Program-made: the position numbers and the translations under genes
Part shown: positions 31,370-43,557 of the stretch, piece by piece
How positions within the stretch are numbered: position 1 is the first letter of the stretch
How the letters are laid out: the number at the start of each line of letters is the position of its first letter
The notes under the pieces: generated by a model
The model's input: the letters and a program-made list of their open reading frames with translations, nothing else
Databases searched by the model: none
Told to the model about the DNA's origin: nothing
NCBI GenBank assembly: GCA_001949185.1
Contig: BDGG01000003.1
Span: forward strand, 3,083,158-3,147,157
Source of the DNA: Ramazzottius varieornatus
Taxonomy: Eukaryota; Animalia; Tardigrada
Reading direction: 5' to 3'
DNA length: 64,000 nt

Positions 31370-32338
31370 CGTTCGAATCATTTGCCCGGGTGCCATATGG
31401 TGATCGAGATCAAATTTTTGAACTAACATTAAAAATAATGTCTTCTTCGTTCAATCGTCGCTCTAAATTACCGTGCGTTTTTATCGAGGAATTCCCCATG
31501 AAATGAAGTTCAGAAGTACCACTTCATCTTTTTGATTGCCCCCTTTTTCCGGTAATTGTTAGTCGTCTGAGTGCCAACAGACATGCTTCAGCCAGCGTAC
31601 TGAATACTCTGTAAGCTTGTGGAAATGCCAAATTTTGAAGTATTCATACACTCCATGTTTAGCGTATCATGAGCTAATCCAGCTAAGCAGAGGACTGCCG
31701 GTGACTTAGGAATTCGGGAAAGTTCAGTCCCCAGAGACAAACAAAATCAGTAGAAGAGCCTCGTACAAACTGGAGCGACAACGAAAAATTCGTAAGTGAT
31801 TTCTCGATTGAAAGCTATGTCGGCAAGACCAACAAACGTAAAATGAAAACACTACAAAAATTTAGCGAAGTAAGAAGAGTTATAGCCCCAATGAGGCTCG
31901 ATGAATACGTAAGAGTGCCCGAAATGAGGAGAGAGAGAAGAATGGCGAAGTGATGGGGAACGTTCGGGTGGACTTATGTGACGGGATTTGGTAAGAGGCC
32001 CAGCAGCGGAACGCTTCGTTAGCTGCACATCAGGCTCAATTTCACCGGGGATTGTCCTGAAAGTCCTGCAGCTGACTGATCTTCTCGGACGTGACATTAT
32101 GACTTTGATCTCATTTGTGCTTGGTATCAGGAACTTATTTAGCGTAAGCAGTGGGATCGACGATCGTTGGTAGAAGGCCTAACAGGAGACCACTTCAATA
32201 AGCCAAAATACCAACCACCAGAACATTTCCGGGTACGTACCGCATGCGAGGAGTTACCGATGAACAATGGATTCAGTGTGTCCCCAGAGAATCATCCATT
32301 ACACGCCAGACGGAGATAACTTGGAACGGCGTATGACA

Positions 32339-32387
32339 TGCGATAAATATGGTCAGAATACTGCGATAAATATGGTCAGAACACTGC
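32339..32387. repeat. 23-bp tandem duplication
   Basis: TGCGATAAATATGGTCAGAA(T/C)AC x2. Confidence 0.85.
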
Positions 32388-32931
32388 AAAAACAAAACTA
32401 AATAATGGTTTCACCTCACGCAGACAGTTCATAACACCGGCAAGAAAGCAGCAACCATGTTTCGTGCACCTGCATAACAGACGAATATGAGCATTGATTG
32501 GGTCCCTGCATGCAGGCTGGCGCCCAGAGTCAGCAGCACTGCTGTCCGGGTTTATTATAGACCTACGTCCAGCCGACGCATCCTTGCTGTATAGATCTCT
32601 CCATTCAGGTTGGCGCAGACCGATTCGACCTGTTGGCAGCCCTGATGTAGGGGGCTTTCAAGGACCCGCTTACACGCGGGTTTTTTCCTGACGTATGCAG
32701 CTACGGGGAAAGCGGGCGCGTCATGTCTGCCGATCTATCATCCCCGAAATATGCGGCAAATTTCTCGCGATCCTGGCACAGTAAACGTTTTGTTAAACTA
32801 CGGAAACGGAGTCGCGTTTTTGAAATCGACTGAAAGACGCCGAAGAGGGAGCAGGTGATAGCGAATAGGTGCTCCCATTGCTATTACTTCCGTCTAACAT
32901 GAATGAGAAGAACAACCCTCCGCCCAAGATA

Positions 32932-34884
32932 CAGTGTACGCCAATATGTTCACCCGAAACTGGGCGGAGTTTTTGGGCGTTAACCACAACGCCGACAACC
33001 AATGAACAACAGCCAACTGCTGGATTTATTTATTTTACAATGAGCAGAACACTAACAGTAAAACAGAAACGTATACCATAAAACAGGAAATCTCATGAGG
33101 TAAAACACGAAAGACAACCGAAAATGAAATCATGAGTTCAGTAAGGGATGCGAGCACCGGAGTTGTTGATACACTCAGTCATTCTGCTGTACATCGAGCT
33201 CACCAGGTTGCTGCAGTACTCGGGAGTAACAATTACCTTCCATGCTTCCTGAAATAGAGTGTCAAGCTCCTCAAGATCTTTCGGTCTTCGATCGCAGATA
33301 TACATGTTCATTTTTCCCCAGACATTCTCGATTACATTGAGGTCTGGCGATCTAGACGGCCATGTCAACACCTAAAAGAACTACGAAAACTTTGTGTACT
33401 TATGTTTATCCAAAAACAAGATATATTGTGTACCATGGGCGTATCAGATAAAAGGACTATTGTTTTACGAGAAACAAACTTTAAATGTGTCCGCTTATCC
33501 GCCTTCGCGCCTAACACCCTTCCGCAACGTTTTCGCTCGATTCAACAACCGATTGGTCTGCTCTAGTAAATTTAAAAATTGAAAACAGAAATACTGTTTA
33601 ATAAAAAGCGTACTTCTATTCCTTCTCGCCAGAAAAATTGACCCATCCGTCTAGAGGTGTGCACTGGACACTTATCTTGCTGGAACACCAAATCCCGACC
33701 ATGCTTCTCAAGATACGGAAGTAGTCGCTCGAACAAAACTTCGCAGGCGCCCGAACCTATTCGACCGTCAACTCGAATTAACGCTACAAGTCCACATGCT
33801 GTGATGGCACCCCACAACATTATCCCGCCTTTAATGCGCGTACCTACGGCGACTTGCAAGTCTTTATCGTGACGGTTTTCCTCTTTCAAGTACCAGCACT
33901 ATAACGATAAGTGATAAGTATATCGAATTTATCAGATTCATTAAACGCGTTAACGTGTCAAATTTAACAGGCACCTTGCGTTTTCGACGAAAGCCTTAAA
34001 CAATTGACCAAGCAATTGAAAAATGGTTCCGAATGACAAACTAGCTTCTCGACGATCTTAATATTTCGAGAGCAGAGATTCATGAATTTAGAAGGTTGAA
34101 CGAGCTGATTTTCAGAAGGTTAAGATTATTTATCTCGATCTTACCACCGTGCAAGTTGAAACGAACTTCGTCACTAAAAACCACATCATGGAACAGGGTG
34201 GGGTTTTCCCCGAGTTGTTCACGCTGGAACAGGCACTAGAACACCCGGTTGTCTTTGTGCTCCTGGGTTAACTCGTCGAGAACAGCTTTGGATCGACGAG
34301 TCTTAAACTCACGAAGCCGATTCAGCAACGTCCGGTGGGCGAGTCCCGCTTCGACGGCGATCTCGGCCGCACTCATCTCCCGCTTTGCCTGAACGAGCCC
34401 AAGCATTTCGGCGTCCTGCTACCCGCTCGTGATACGAGGTCGTCCCTTTGGTCTCACCACTTTCCGCTTCTTGGTTTCGGGATCATAATTCCCGATGACG
34501 TTCTTCACCCACTTGTGGTCTTTTGCCATCACACGCCCAACAGCACTCGGATTCTTGTTTTTCTCTGAAAACAACTTAAAAACAACGCTGAAAAGGGTTG
34601 GGTCCACTGGTATACCACGAACCATCTTGAATTCACGAGAAGATATCAGAATTTGCAACCGAAAGGATCTGGAGCTGAAAGGATCGCTCGGTAACACAGC
34701 TCGGTATATCGCACTACCGGCTGTTGCGCAACAGGTTCATTAGCAATCAGCTGTGCCTATTTACGTTTAATCAACCATGTCTAATCAACCAGATCGCTTT
34801 TCCTGGTTTTTAACTGGTCGTCTGCGGTTTGGCTGACGCCCAAAAACTCCGCCCAGTTTCGGGTGACCATATTGGCGTACACTG
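32932..34884 (-). mobile_element. Full-length Tc1-family DNA transposon (1953 bp)
   Basis: TIRs over 50 bp starting CAGTGTACGCCAATATG(T/G)TCACCCGAAACTGGGCGGAGTTTTTGGGCGT; TA flanks; internal DD34E transposase. Confidence 0.95.
33138..34625 (-). pseudogene. Tc1 DD34E transposase, 4 exons, inactivated by two nonsense codons
   Basis: KGRPRIT, VVFSDE, IMLWGAI, VFQQD-34aa-E (WPSRSPDLNVIENVW); introns 34144-33995, 33974-33899, 33613-33372; TAG at 34419-34421 and 34236-34238. Confidence 0.9.
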
Positions 34885-35870
34885 TAATAGTATTCTCAAA
34901 TCACAAAGATCGGCTAAACGGCCTATTGTAACTTAGCGGAGCCTTCTATACATCTGAGAGCTGGGCAATCAACAAGCACAGAGTTCGTCGCCAGATGCTT
35001 GATCCATCGGTAAGGATTAATGCAGTCCGCCAGCGCGATGATCTGACACTCAAAGTCAACAATGCTGAATCTTAGCGGCAACTGAGGCGACATCGTGAGG
35101 CGCTGATGCAATGGAATGTTCGTTATCATGCGACAACCGGAAGTGTCCTAGCCTAGGCTCTGCCACAGAGCAGAAGGCATAACGAAGTTATGTATACTGC
35201 ACTGTGGCTCTGCCTATGTAATTTGCACGGGGTCAGCTAATGTAAACGATTTGCTGGAACCGGATGCAGGCTCAAAAGCTAGCTAAACCGAGAGAGGATT
35301 TCCAGGCAACTCGCCGAAGTGTCGACTGCTGGAAAAGCCCACGCTGATAGCGTTGCGTCGACCAAGACAAAATATGAGCCTTTCCTATATTTAAAAATTT
35401 GAGGCACTTGAATACACCCTCAGCATACCACACTGAATCGGTTGGGGTGAGGCTGGTCGTGGGAGAGCGGCCCCAGACTAACCTCTCTGGCTCCTCCAGG
35501 TTCGTAGGATATCTCACCGTAACAAGCTCACCTTTGGAAGTTGACATAAACAGCTTTACGTAATCGCTATGGGTAATGGAGCACCAGACGAAGGAACTCC
35601 GAGTCTGTGCAACATCATTGGACTGTCCAGCAAACGCGACTTGGACGCAGTCCACATCAACAAAATAAAACTTCAACCAAAACTTTCAAAAGTCATTCTT
35701 CCTGTGCTACGGAAAAATTAGGTTTCACTACTGTCCAGAGGCTCCCGATGAACTTCCAGCCCGGCAGAAATCAGAGAGAGGTTTTAATTCTTAGAAGCAA
35801 AACCAAGCGTGCCTACCGGATACACTGGATCACCGGTTTGCGGGTTGCGGAGATTTCTGCGCAGGCAATT

Positions 35871-37415
35871 TCAGCGCGCAGCGTGGATCGTTTCACACTC
35901 ATACCGTAACTGCTTCATTTCCTTCTGGATATCCTTCGTTATCAGTTCTCTTTGGTCCCTCTGCAAGAAGAACCAAACGGTCAACTCCAAAAGAACATCG
36001 TGTCTTCCTGCTTTGTTCATACCGGTGAAACATTATTAGAGATCATCTGGGCAACATTTTCTTTGAAATCCAGCAGCGACCCGAATAGCACCGTAACATT
36101 CTGGAACAAAGATCCGCGGCTGCTGTTTAATCCAACGTTCCAATATACAGCGGTAGGGAGTACCGTACAATCATTGTGAAGATTGTGCAAGCTCGCAGTA
36201 AAAATTAAGTTACTGTACACTTACCTTTCCAATTGTTGGAGTGTAAGGCGGGCGGTTAGCTTGTACGGAATCCATCCCTAAAACCAAGACTTTCTAACTT
36301 GCATATCTTCACTGTGGCATTTAAGTACAGTATGGACTATGGAGCAGGCATTCTTCACGTACCTTGATGGTGGAAGGGTAGCAGGAGTGGAGTACTCTTA
36401 GTTTCCGCTATTAGCCGACCAACACCTAAAGCAGCCAGAAGATGAACGTCGATCAATGCGATTTGAAAATATCATTTCGTGAGCATGCCTGCCGGTGGAA
36501 AATTCTAATGTGGCAAACAGCTGGGGAACGGCAACGTCAAACCTCACGTCACGGCTCAAACCGACGTCTTAGCCGTGTACGTACACTGCACTCATTGAGC
36601 CGTCACGTAGACGAAGCATCTAAATTAACCGACCTGAGTTTGAGTCGATAGCCACATAACGGGCACTACATACGGGAACCATTTTTTTGCCACATTGGCT
36701 ATTGTGCACTGTGCAGCGGCATGCATGTCCGTGAGTGTCACTTCAAGTAACGTACCCCACTTCATCCTAAGCCATTGATGTTCCTGGTTTACTCGCGCTT
36801 CGGGGAAGATGTGTACCCATTCACCAGCGTCCAGCTTGCTCAGCATAAACTCCAAACCTCTCTGATATACACCCTCTCCGCGGACGACGGGGACAACTTT
36901 TCCCATCCCGAAGAAGGCTGCGCTGAAGTCGTTCGAAAAACATATCTCCGCGGCACCCATTCCCCACCGGAGATTCCGGAAGTTCAAATGTCTCCAGGGC
37001 AGTATTGCTGTAACACATCGGCAGTTAGTTACGATAAGAACTGGAGAGATAAACACTGCATGGCGAGAGAGATGTAGTTACGACGCACACCAAAGGAAGG
37101 GATCATCTGCGCAGCAGTAATGGTTGGAAACGGTGATGAGGCCTCTTGACTTGTCCCGGTTCTCCAGTGCATCCAGCAATCTTTCTTTTCCATGTACCTT
37201 GAGGTGATTAACAGCTGCAAAAGTACTACATCAGAATATGCCACTACATATCGAATAGTATATTATACAGCAGTAGCTTCCCTATGGTTAAAGGCGAGCT
37301 CTCACTTACATAATAACAACTTGCTGGCTGAAGCTACAACCGTAATAATGACGCCACTGCCCACATTCCATAGCTTCCCCGGCGATTCGGGGAACGGCCA
37401 CCGAACTTTATCCAT
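35871..37415 (-). CDS. TAZ: Tafazzin (cardiolipin transacylase), about 7 exons
   Basis: VRWPFP, LITVSNHYCCADDPFLW (HX4D), AAEICF, VPVVRGEGVYQRG, WVHIFPE, MKW|GVGRLIAE, PPYTP. Confidence 0.93.
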
Positions 37416-37911
37416 GCCAGTGAATCACAATCATCCACAAAGAGCTCCTCGGAGTCACTGTCAGGGAAACCAGAACTACTGCAGAATGCAGACCGCTGAC
37501 GTAACTCCAGTGATCACTGGGAAGGTCCGAACAGCGAGTTTCGGAGAACACCGCTTTAATACACGGTAACACAGCTCCCAAGCAAACTCACAGTTGCGGA
37601 GTAAAGTAGGTAAGATCACTGGCGCCGTCGCCGGAAAGGACTTCTTCGGAAAGATTTCCATCTTACAAAAAAAGGGAATTCAGAGTCTGGAAATCGGTCA
37701 AATTATTTCGATTGGAGGAAAGTGCTGTATACTTCGGCCCATCATACAATCAAGTGACCGGACACGGCGAAGATCGTTGGAATCGGTAGGTCTACCCATA
37801 ACTGGTTGACGCCCTCCACTTGGAAGGGCAAACTCTCGACTAAGTTAGATTAGAACCAGTGCTTAATTAATTCCTGGAATATTTTCTTCAACCGGAAGTT
37901 CAGTGTATACC

Positions 37912-39599
37912 ATGACCATGAGCACGAAGACTGTACTTCGTCCTCTTTGCCGGAACTTCACAAGCAGGTTGCTATTGGCCTGGGACGATGCGGGACAGTT
38001 TCGACACTTCTACGGAACAACGGCACTGTACCTGGCCACTGCGAAAGCGCAGCCGGCCGCACCGTCCAAAATACACTGTAACGTCGGGACTATTGGACAT
38101 GTGGATCACGGAAAGACTACTTTGACGGCTGCTATAACCAAAGTGACCTGCAAACATGGACTGGGGAAGTTTGTCGCGTACGATCAGATCGACAAGGCGC
38201 CCGAGGAACAACGACGCGGGATCACCATCAATGCTGCTCATGTGGAGTACGACACTCCAACTAGACATTACGCACATACGGATTGTCCTGGACACCGCGA
38301 CTACGTCAAGAACATGTACGCATCTTGCCGCACACCTTCGGTGGATGATACTTGAGATCTGACTTTTCTTGTGTTTCTTAGGATCAGTGGGACATCTCAG
38401 ATGGACGCAGCGATCCTAGTTGTAGCAGCTACCGACGGACATATGCCTCAGACAAGGGAACACCTTCTTTTGGCCAAGCAGATCGGAGTCAAGAACGTCG
38501 TAGTTTTCATCAATAAAGCCGATCTAGTGGACGCGGAAACTCTGGAGTTGGTTGAAATCGAAATGCGAGAGCTGTTAACGCAGTATGGGTAAGTGGTCGA
38601 TTCCATTCCGTTTCGGCCCTCACGCAGTACCAGCATGTTTACTGTGCATTTCAGGTACGATGGTGTGGCTTCACCCGTAGTCGTTGGCTCCGCTTTGAAA
38701 GCGCTGCAGAACGATGGAGAGGGGGAGAAGTGCATCGACGAACTGCTGAAAGCTCTGGATACTTATTTGCCGGTTCCCGAACGGGACACAAAGTCCCCCT
38801 TTCTTCTTCCGATCGAATCCTCTTTCACCGTGCCAAATCGAGGGACTGTGGCTATCGGGACGGTCGTTAAAGGACGGCTAAAGAAGGGAGATCAAGCCGA
38901 AATCTTGGGACATGGAGCGCAGCTGAAGACAGTCGTTACCGACATACAGGTAGATTACTTTATCCTCCGCGATGACGTCACAGACGCAATCTGAGTATTC
39001 TGTTTCAAGAAAATTCTGGGCTTTGAAGTCAGCCATATTCCTTGATCGTTCTGTTCTTGTGAATTGTGTTTATTGCATACGACATCATACCTTTTTTGTT
39101 TTGGCAGGTGTTCCGGAACTCTGTTCCCTCTGCGGAAGCTGGTCACAACGTCGGATGCCTCGTCCGAGGCATCAAACCCGACCAGTTGGCCAGAGGGATG
39201 ATCATATGCCCTCCCAATATTTTCAGGGCATACAATCATTTCAAAGCCCAGATATACTTCCTCACAAAGCATGAAGGCGGTCGTAGCAAGCCGGTTCGTT
39301 CAGGCTACACGCAGCAGATGTACTCCCATACGTGGGATATGGAGTGGCGCTGTGATCTGAAGCCTGGCTTAGAAATGCTAATGCCCGGGGACAACGCCGA
39401 AGTCTTTTGTACATTACGAAGACAAATGGTCCTTGAACCCAATCAGCGTTTCACCATAAGAGAGAATCATCAAACTGTAGCTACCGGTGTGATTACAAAG
39501 CTTTTGTCTGATGTTGAAGTGTCTTCGACTTTGAACAAAGTCAAGACTGATCAGATATTGTCCGAACAGGACCCTGAACCATTAAAAAAGCGCGCGTGA
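37912..39599 (+). CDS. TUFM: Mitochondrial elongation factor Tu, EF-Tu2-like paralog, 4 exons
   Basis: Transit-peptide-like N-terminus; [55 protein letters not shown]; divergent TDIQVF and AGHNVGC. Confidence 0.93.
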
Positions 39600-39893
39600 C
39601 TGATGTGGTTTCGACTTTCCCCGTGCGAAGGGGCCTAAATTTTACACGAAGGGTAGACAATCTCGCAATGCTGGCCGGTCATCGTTATCAGCGTTTGTCC
39701 ATGGGCGCTTCTTATCTGCTATAGGGCAGACATGAAGGGCCGCAGGAAACCGTCGAAAAGTTTCAGTTTGGCTGGGAGGAATATCGCTCAAGGCCGCAAT
39801 GCTGCTTACTGCATGAGATTCTCTTGTTAGTCATTTCGTTGTCGTGAAGATCTCACGACAAGCTGTGGAAAGCTTTTACACTGAGCCCGAAAG

Positions 39894-41239
39894 ATGGATA
39901 TTCCCGTAATTGACTTCTCAAGGTACAATGAGTCGGAAACGAGATTATCCGTTGCGGAAGAAATTGTCCGCACTTTGGAGACTGTGGGCTTTCTCTACTT
40001 GAAGAACCACGGTATACCAGCTGATCAGGTAAGTCCACATCTTGGTTCTTCCAGCTGATAGTTGGTTTCTCTTGTACGCAACCACCACGAGCATATTTTC
40101 TAACATCTTCGTATTGCCTTGCAGGTTACGAAGGTGAACGATGCAGCCAAGGTCTACTTCGAACAAGATGTCTCCATCAAGAAGCAGTTCCTTCGGCCCA
40201 ACGTACAGTTTGAGAGCCCGGGATCTGGGTATTCCGAGATCGGTCTGGAGAGGTATTACAGTAATATGTGTTGCGCTTCCTATCGGGTGACTTAACTTTC
40301 AAGGCTGAGATTTTCAGGCTCGATGGACTGAATGTGACGGAAGTGAAAGAAAGTTTCGACATGATTCCATCTCACCTGCCAGTAAGATTTTTTGTCAGCA
40401 CCAACCTTTGTGAGGCTCAAGCAAAATACTGACAATGCTGCTATTTGGTTTGTTAACAGCCGGACGAGTCAGCTTCTGCGTCTGTTCTGATTCCACCGCT
40501 GGTGGAGTTGTATCGCTCGTGTGTAAACCTCACAAATCAGATCAACCATTGCATTGCACTGGGCCTTAAGCTGGAGGATGAGAACTTCTTTATCAAGAAC
40601 CACAAAGGAATGGGAAACCGCGACGCGAACAGGTATGTTGATGTAATGCATCCTGGTCACTGAATCATTGTATGGAAAACTCAGACTTATAAAATGTCAT
40701 CGCTCCAATAAGGTTAACTTTTCTAAATTCTAGTTCCTTACTTCGCGTCCTTCACTATCCGGCGTTCGACGAGACTCAGTACGGAGACGCCATTACGCGA
40801 CTCGGGGCTCATACAGACTATGGCATGGTGACTATTCTCTTCCAATGTGATGTCGGTGGGCTGGAAGTGGAGACCTTGGACAACGTCTACGTTGCGGCTC
40901 CTGTCATACCTGACACAGTTCTGATCAACATCGGAGACCTCTTGCAAGACTGGACCGGAGGCCGACTGAAAGCGACGGTATGTCGTGACCATTCTTCGAG
41001 ATGCTTTGAACCCACTGATGTAGCTGTTTCAGAGACATCGCGTTCAGCTTCAAGGTGGAGTATCACATACACAGGTTCGCCGCAGTATAGCGTTCTTTGC
41101 GGAGCCGGACTACAATACGGTGGTCGAAAGTCTGGACCCAGCGAAGTACCTCAAACCGAAAGCAGCAAAAGACCACATCTTCAAACGCTACCGCGAAACT
41201 CATCTGTTTCAACAAAACATCCAAATTCTTTTAAGTTGA
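39894..41239 (+). CDS. 2-oxoglutarate/Fe(II)-dependent dioxygenase (IPNS/DIOX_N-like), about 6 exons
   Basis: MDIPVIDFS, VGFLYLKNHGI, KESFD, LRVLHYP, GAHTDYG.VTILFQ..VGGLEV (HxD), INIGDLLQ, HRV and RRSIAFF (RxS). Confidence 0.9.
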
Positions 41240-43484
41240 ACATCGAAAGCCCTCTTCGGGTGACCCAGCACTGAAAACTTTCTGTTAGAAGAAGTGAAAG
41301 AGTTGATAGGTAGGTTTCTGAGACTGTGAGCTGTGGCTATGTGTAACAGCGGTTGGGTGTGTGCCCCAAAGTGGCGCCACCTGAGCTGTGAAAATTGTTA
41401 TCGTTATCGGTTCCGCCTTGATACTTGAAACTGTTTTTCATTTGCCCGACGTTAAAGTTTCACCTACCCAACACGTATTTACTGTTCATTAACTCAGCTT
41501 GCAACTTCCTTCGCAGCCTGCATTCGGGTTCTACGGTCTACGCAGCCGCAAGATCCGTCGGAATCACTGTTTTCATCAGCCCAGTTCTTCTGAAGGGGGA
41601 GTTGATATCCTTTCCTTGTTGTTTCCATGCTACAGAAATTGTGCTCACGAGCCATTTTTTTGCAGTCTGAACCTGCAAGGAACCTAGCTCGACTGACCAC
41701 GGGGCGACGAGGATCTTCAAGGACGATCCACCAACTGGAGTACCTGCATTGTCGCCTCGTCTCACATGGTAAGTCAACCGCACTCCACCTTTCACCGCGA
41801 GCCTTCTCGGTGGTTTCGAGCCTCTTATTGTGCAAAGTTCGAGTGGGATATTGTGTGTGAACTGTGAGGTAGAGTGATATTTGATCGCATAGCGGCTTTC
41901 AGTGTATGGAAATTCAGCGACGGGTTATTGCAAATGCTAGCCAGGAGCCTCCAGGTCAACTAGCTTATCCCCCACATAAGCCTTGCCGTCAGCTTCTTGA
42001 GTCTGTAGTAAAAATTCAGTCGCAAAAGGAACCCATCTTTCTTGCGATCAAAAATAGGTTTGCTTTCAAAATGTCAATTTGAAATGTTTCATTTATTTTT
42101 TTATTGTTTTAATTTGTGGGTGGGCGTGGCGGACAAGGGAGAATCTGTCAGCCGGGGTACGATTTCAGCCCCACTTAATTTGAGTAGTGGCGTGAAGCGG
42201 TCATGCGTATCTGCTAACCTTGGATTTCATGGCTCTTCTGATAAATTTAATTAGAGGACACGCAATGTGTGATGAGTGAGCGGCATCCCTCGTTTATAAG
42301 GGCTGACTGCATACAATATTTGACGAACGCCTCAGCAGAAGCCAAGTAGCCTTACTACTTTACGACTTTGTTATGCACATCTGGTCGCGTTGTCCGTACT
42401 TAGCTCATAATTTACAACTATGTCCAACTTTCGTCGCTGGCATCAAATTTTACTGGGCGAGACTATCGTCTGGGTGGAAGACAATGGATATTGGGAGATA
42501 GGTTATCACAGATATCCGGATGTTATCAGGGCTCATGCAGGTCAGAGATTTCCTGCGGGCAGCTTGATGGGAGGTTTTCCCCCGTCGGTTGACTCCAGGG
42601 TTGAAGTAAAGACCGGTATTTGCCATGGGTGCAATTTACCTAGCGGGACGCTAAGCAAAGCTCATGGGTCATTTGAGGGGTGTTTGTCTCCATCAGACAC
42701 TTGAAGGAGCTCTAGACTGTATACTTTTCTGCGCGAAGAAGGCGGGTAATCGGCTGGTAGGAAAATGACACGATAATGAGTAGCGGTACTTAAATTAGTG
42801 TGTAAAGTTCTGTGGGAACTGCGCCCTTAATGAAGTGATGGCCAACGAGCTCCGGTATGCAGTGTTGACCAAGTAAACAGGTAGTGAAGAAGCTAACAAT
42901 AGCACCAGTGTTTAAGATTGTGTGCTTACTCAGGAGAAAGTGTCCAGGCTCTCGCAGTATCCGTTTGAGATTCAGCGTCAATTATAACTTTAGCCATATC
43001 AATCATAACTGAATTGTCAGCGTCTTAGTTGCAAACGTGAGGATCTCGCGTTTCACAGCCATACAGCACGTGGACAAACTACTTGATGTTTTATAATCTT
43101 GGCCGGGCCAGATCGGGTGTCGGACTGGTGCCACTCCTTGTGATTCACTAGGCTGATTTTAGAGTTCAGAGCTGCTTCAGATCAAATTTGAACAAGAAAA
43201 TATCGGCAGAAGATCTGATGCTCATGCCGTGCCTTACCAGTCATTATCGCTTTGCTTGACCGGCTCTAGTCTACAACGCACGACTTCCTCGTTCAAAGAA
43301 AGCCACCATGTGGAGCATATGGTTTGACTTCCGTTTGACCAGATTTTTGTCGTTTCTAATTCATTTACCTCATGCCGAGGCAATATCGCTGGCGAAGAGG
43401 ATCATCCGCGGCCCCAATAAATAGACTTAGTGAACCGTTAGAATCCAGTCGAAGCATTTGAAACGTGGGTAAATGAGCTGAACT

Positions 43485-43557
43485 AGTTCGTTATATCAAG
43501 TGGCGCACATGTCCGTTGTTATCAGCTGGGAGTGCGCGCCGTTCGGAAGAGCGATCC
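43485..43557. repeat. Palindromic mini-element in gene-poor region
   Basis: AGTTCGTTATATCAAGTGGCGCAC-N25-GCGCGCCGTTCGGAAGAGCGATCC. Confidence 0.75.

Noticed and set aside
36485-36725. Weak inverted repeats in a tafazzin intron (AATGTGGCAAA/TTTGCCACATT; ACGGCTCAA/TTGAGCCGT)
   Set aside because: Too short and degenerate to define an element or target duplication.
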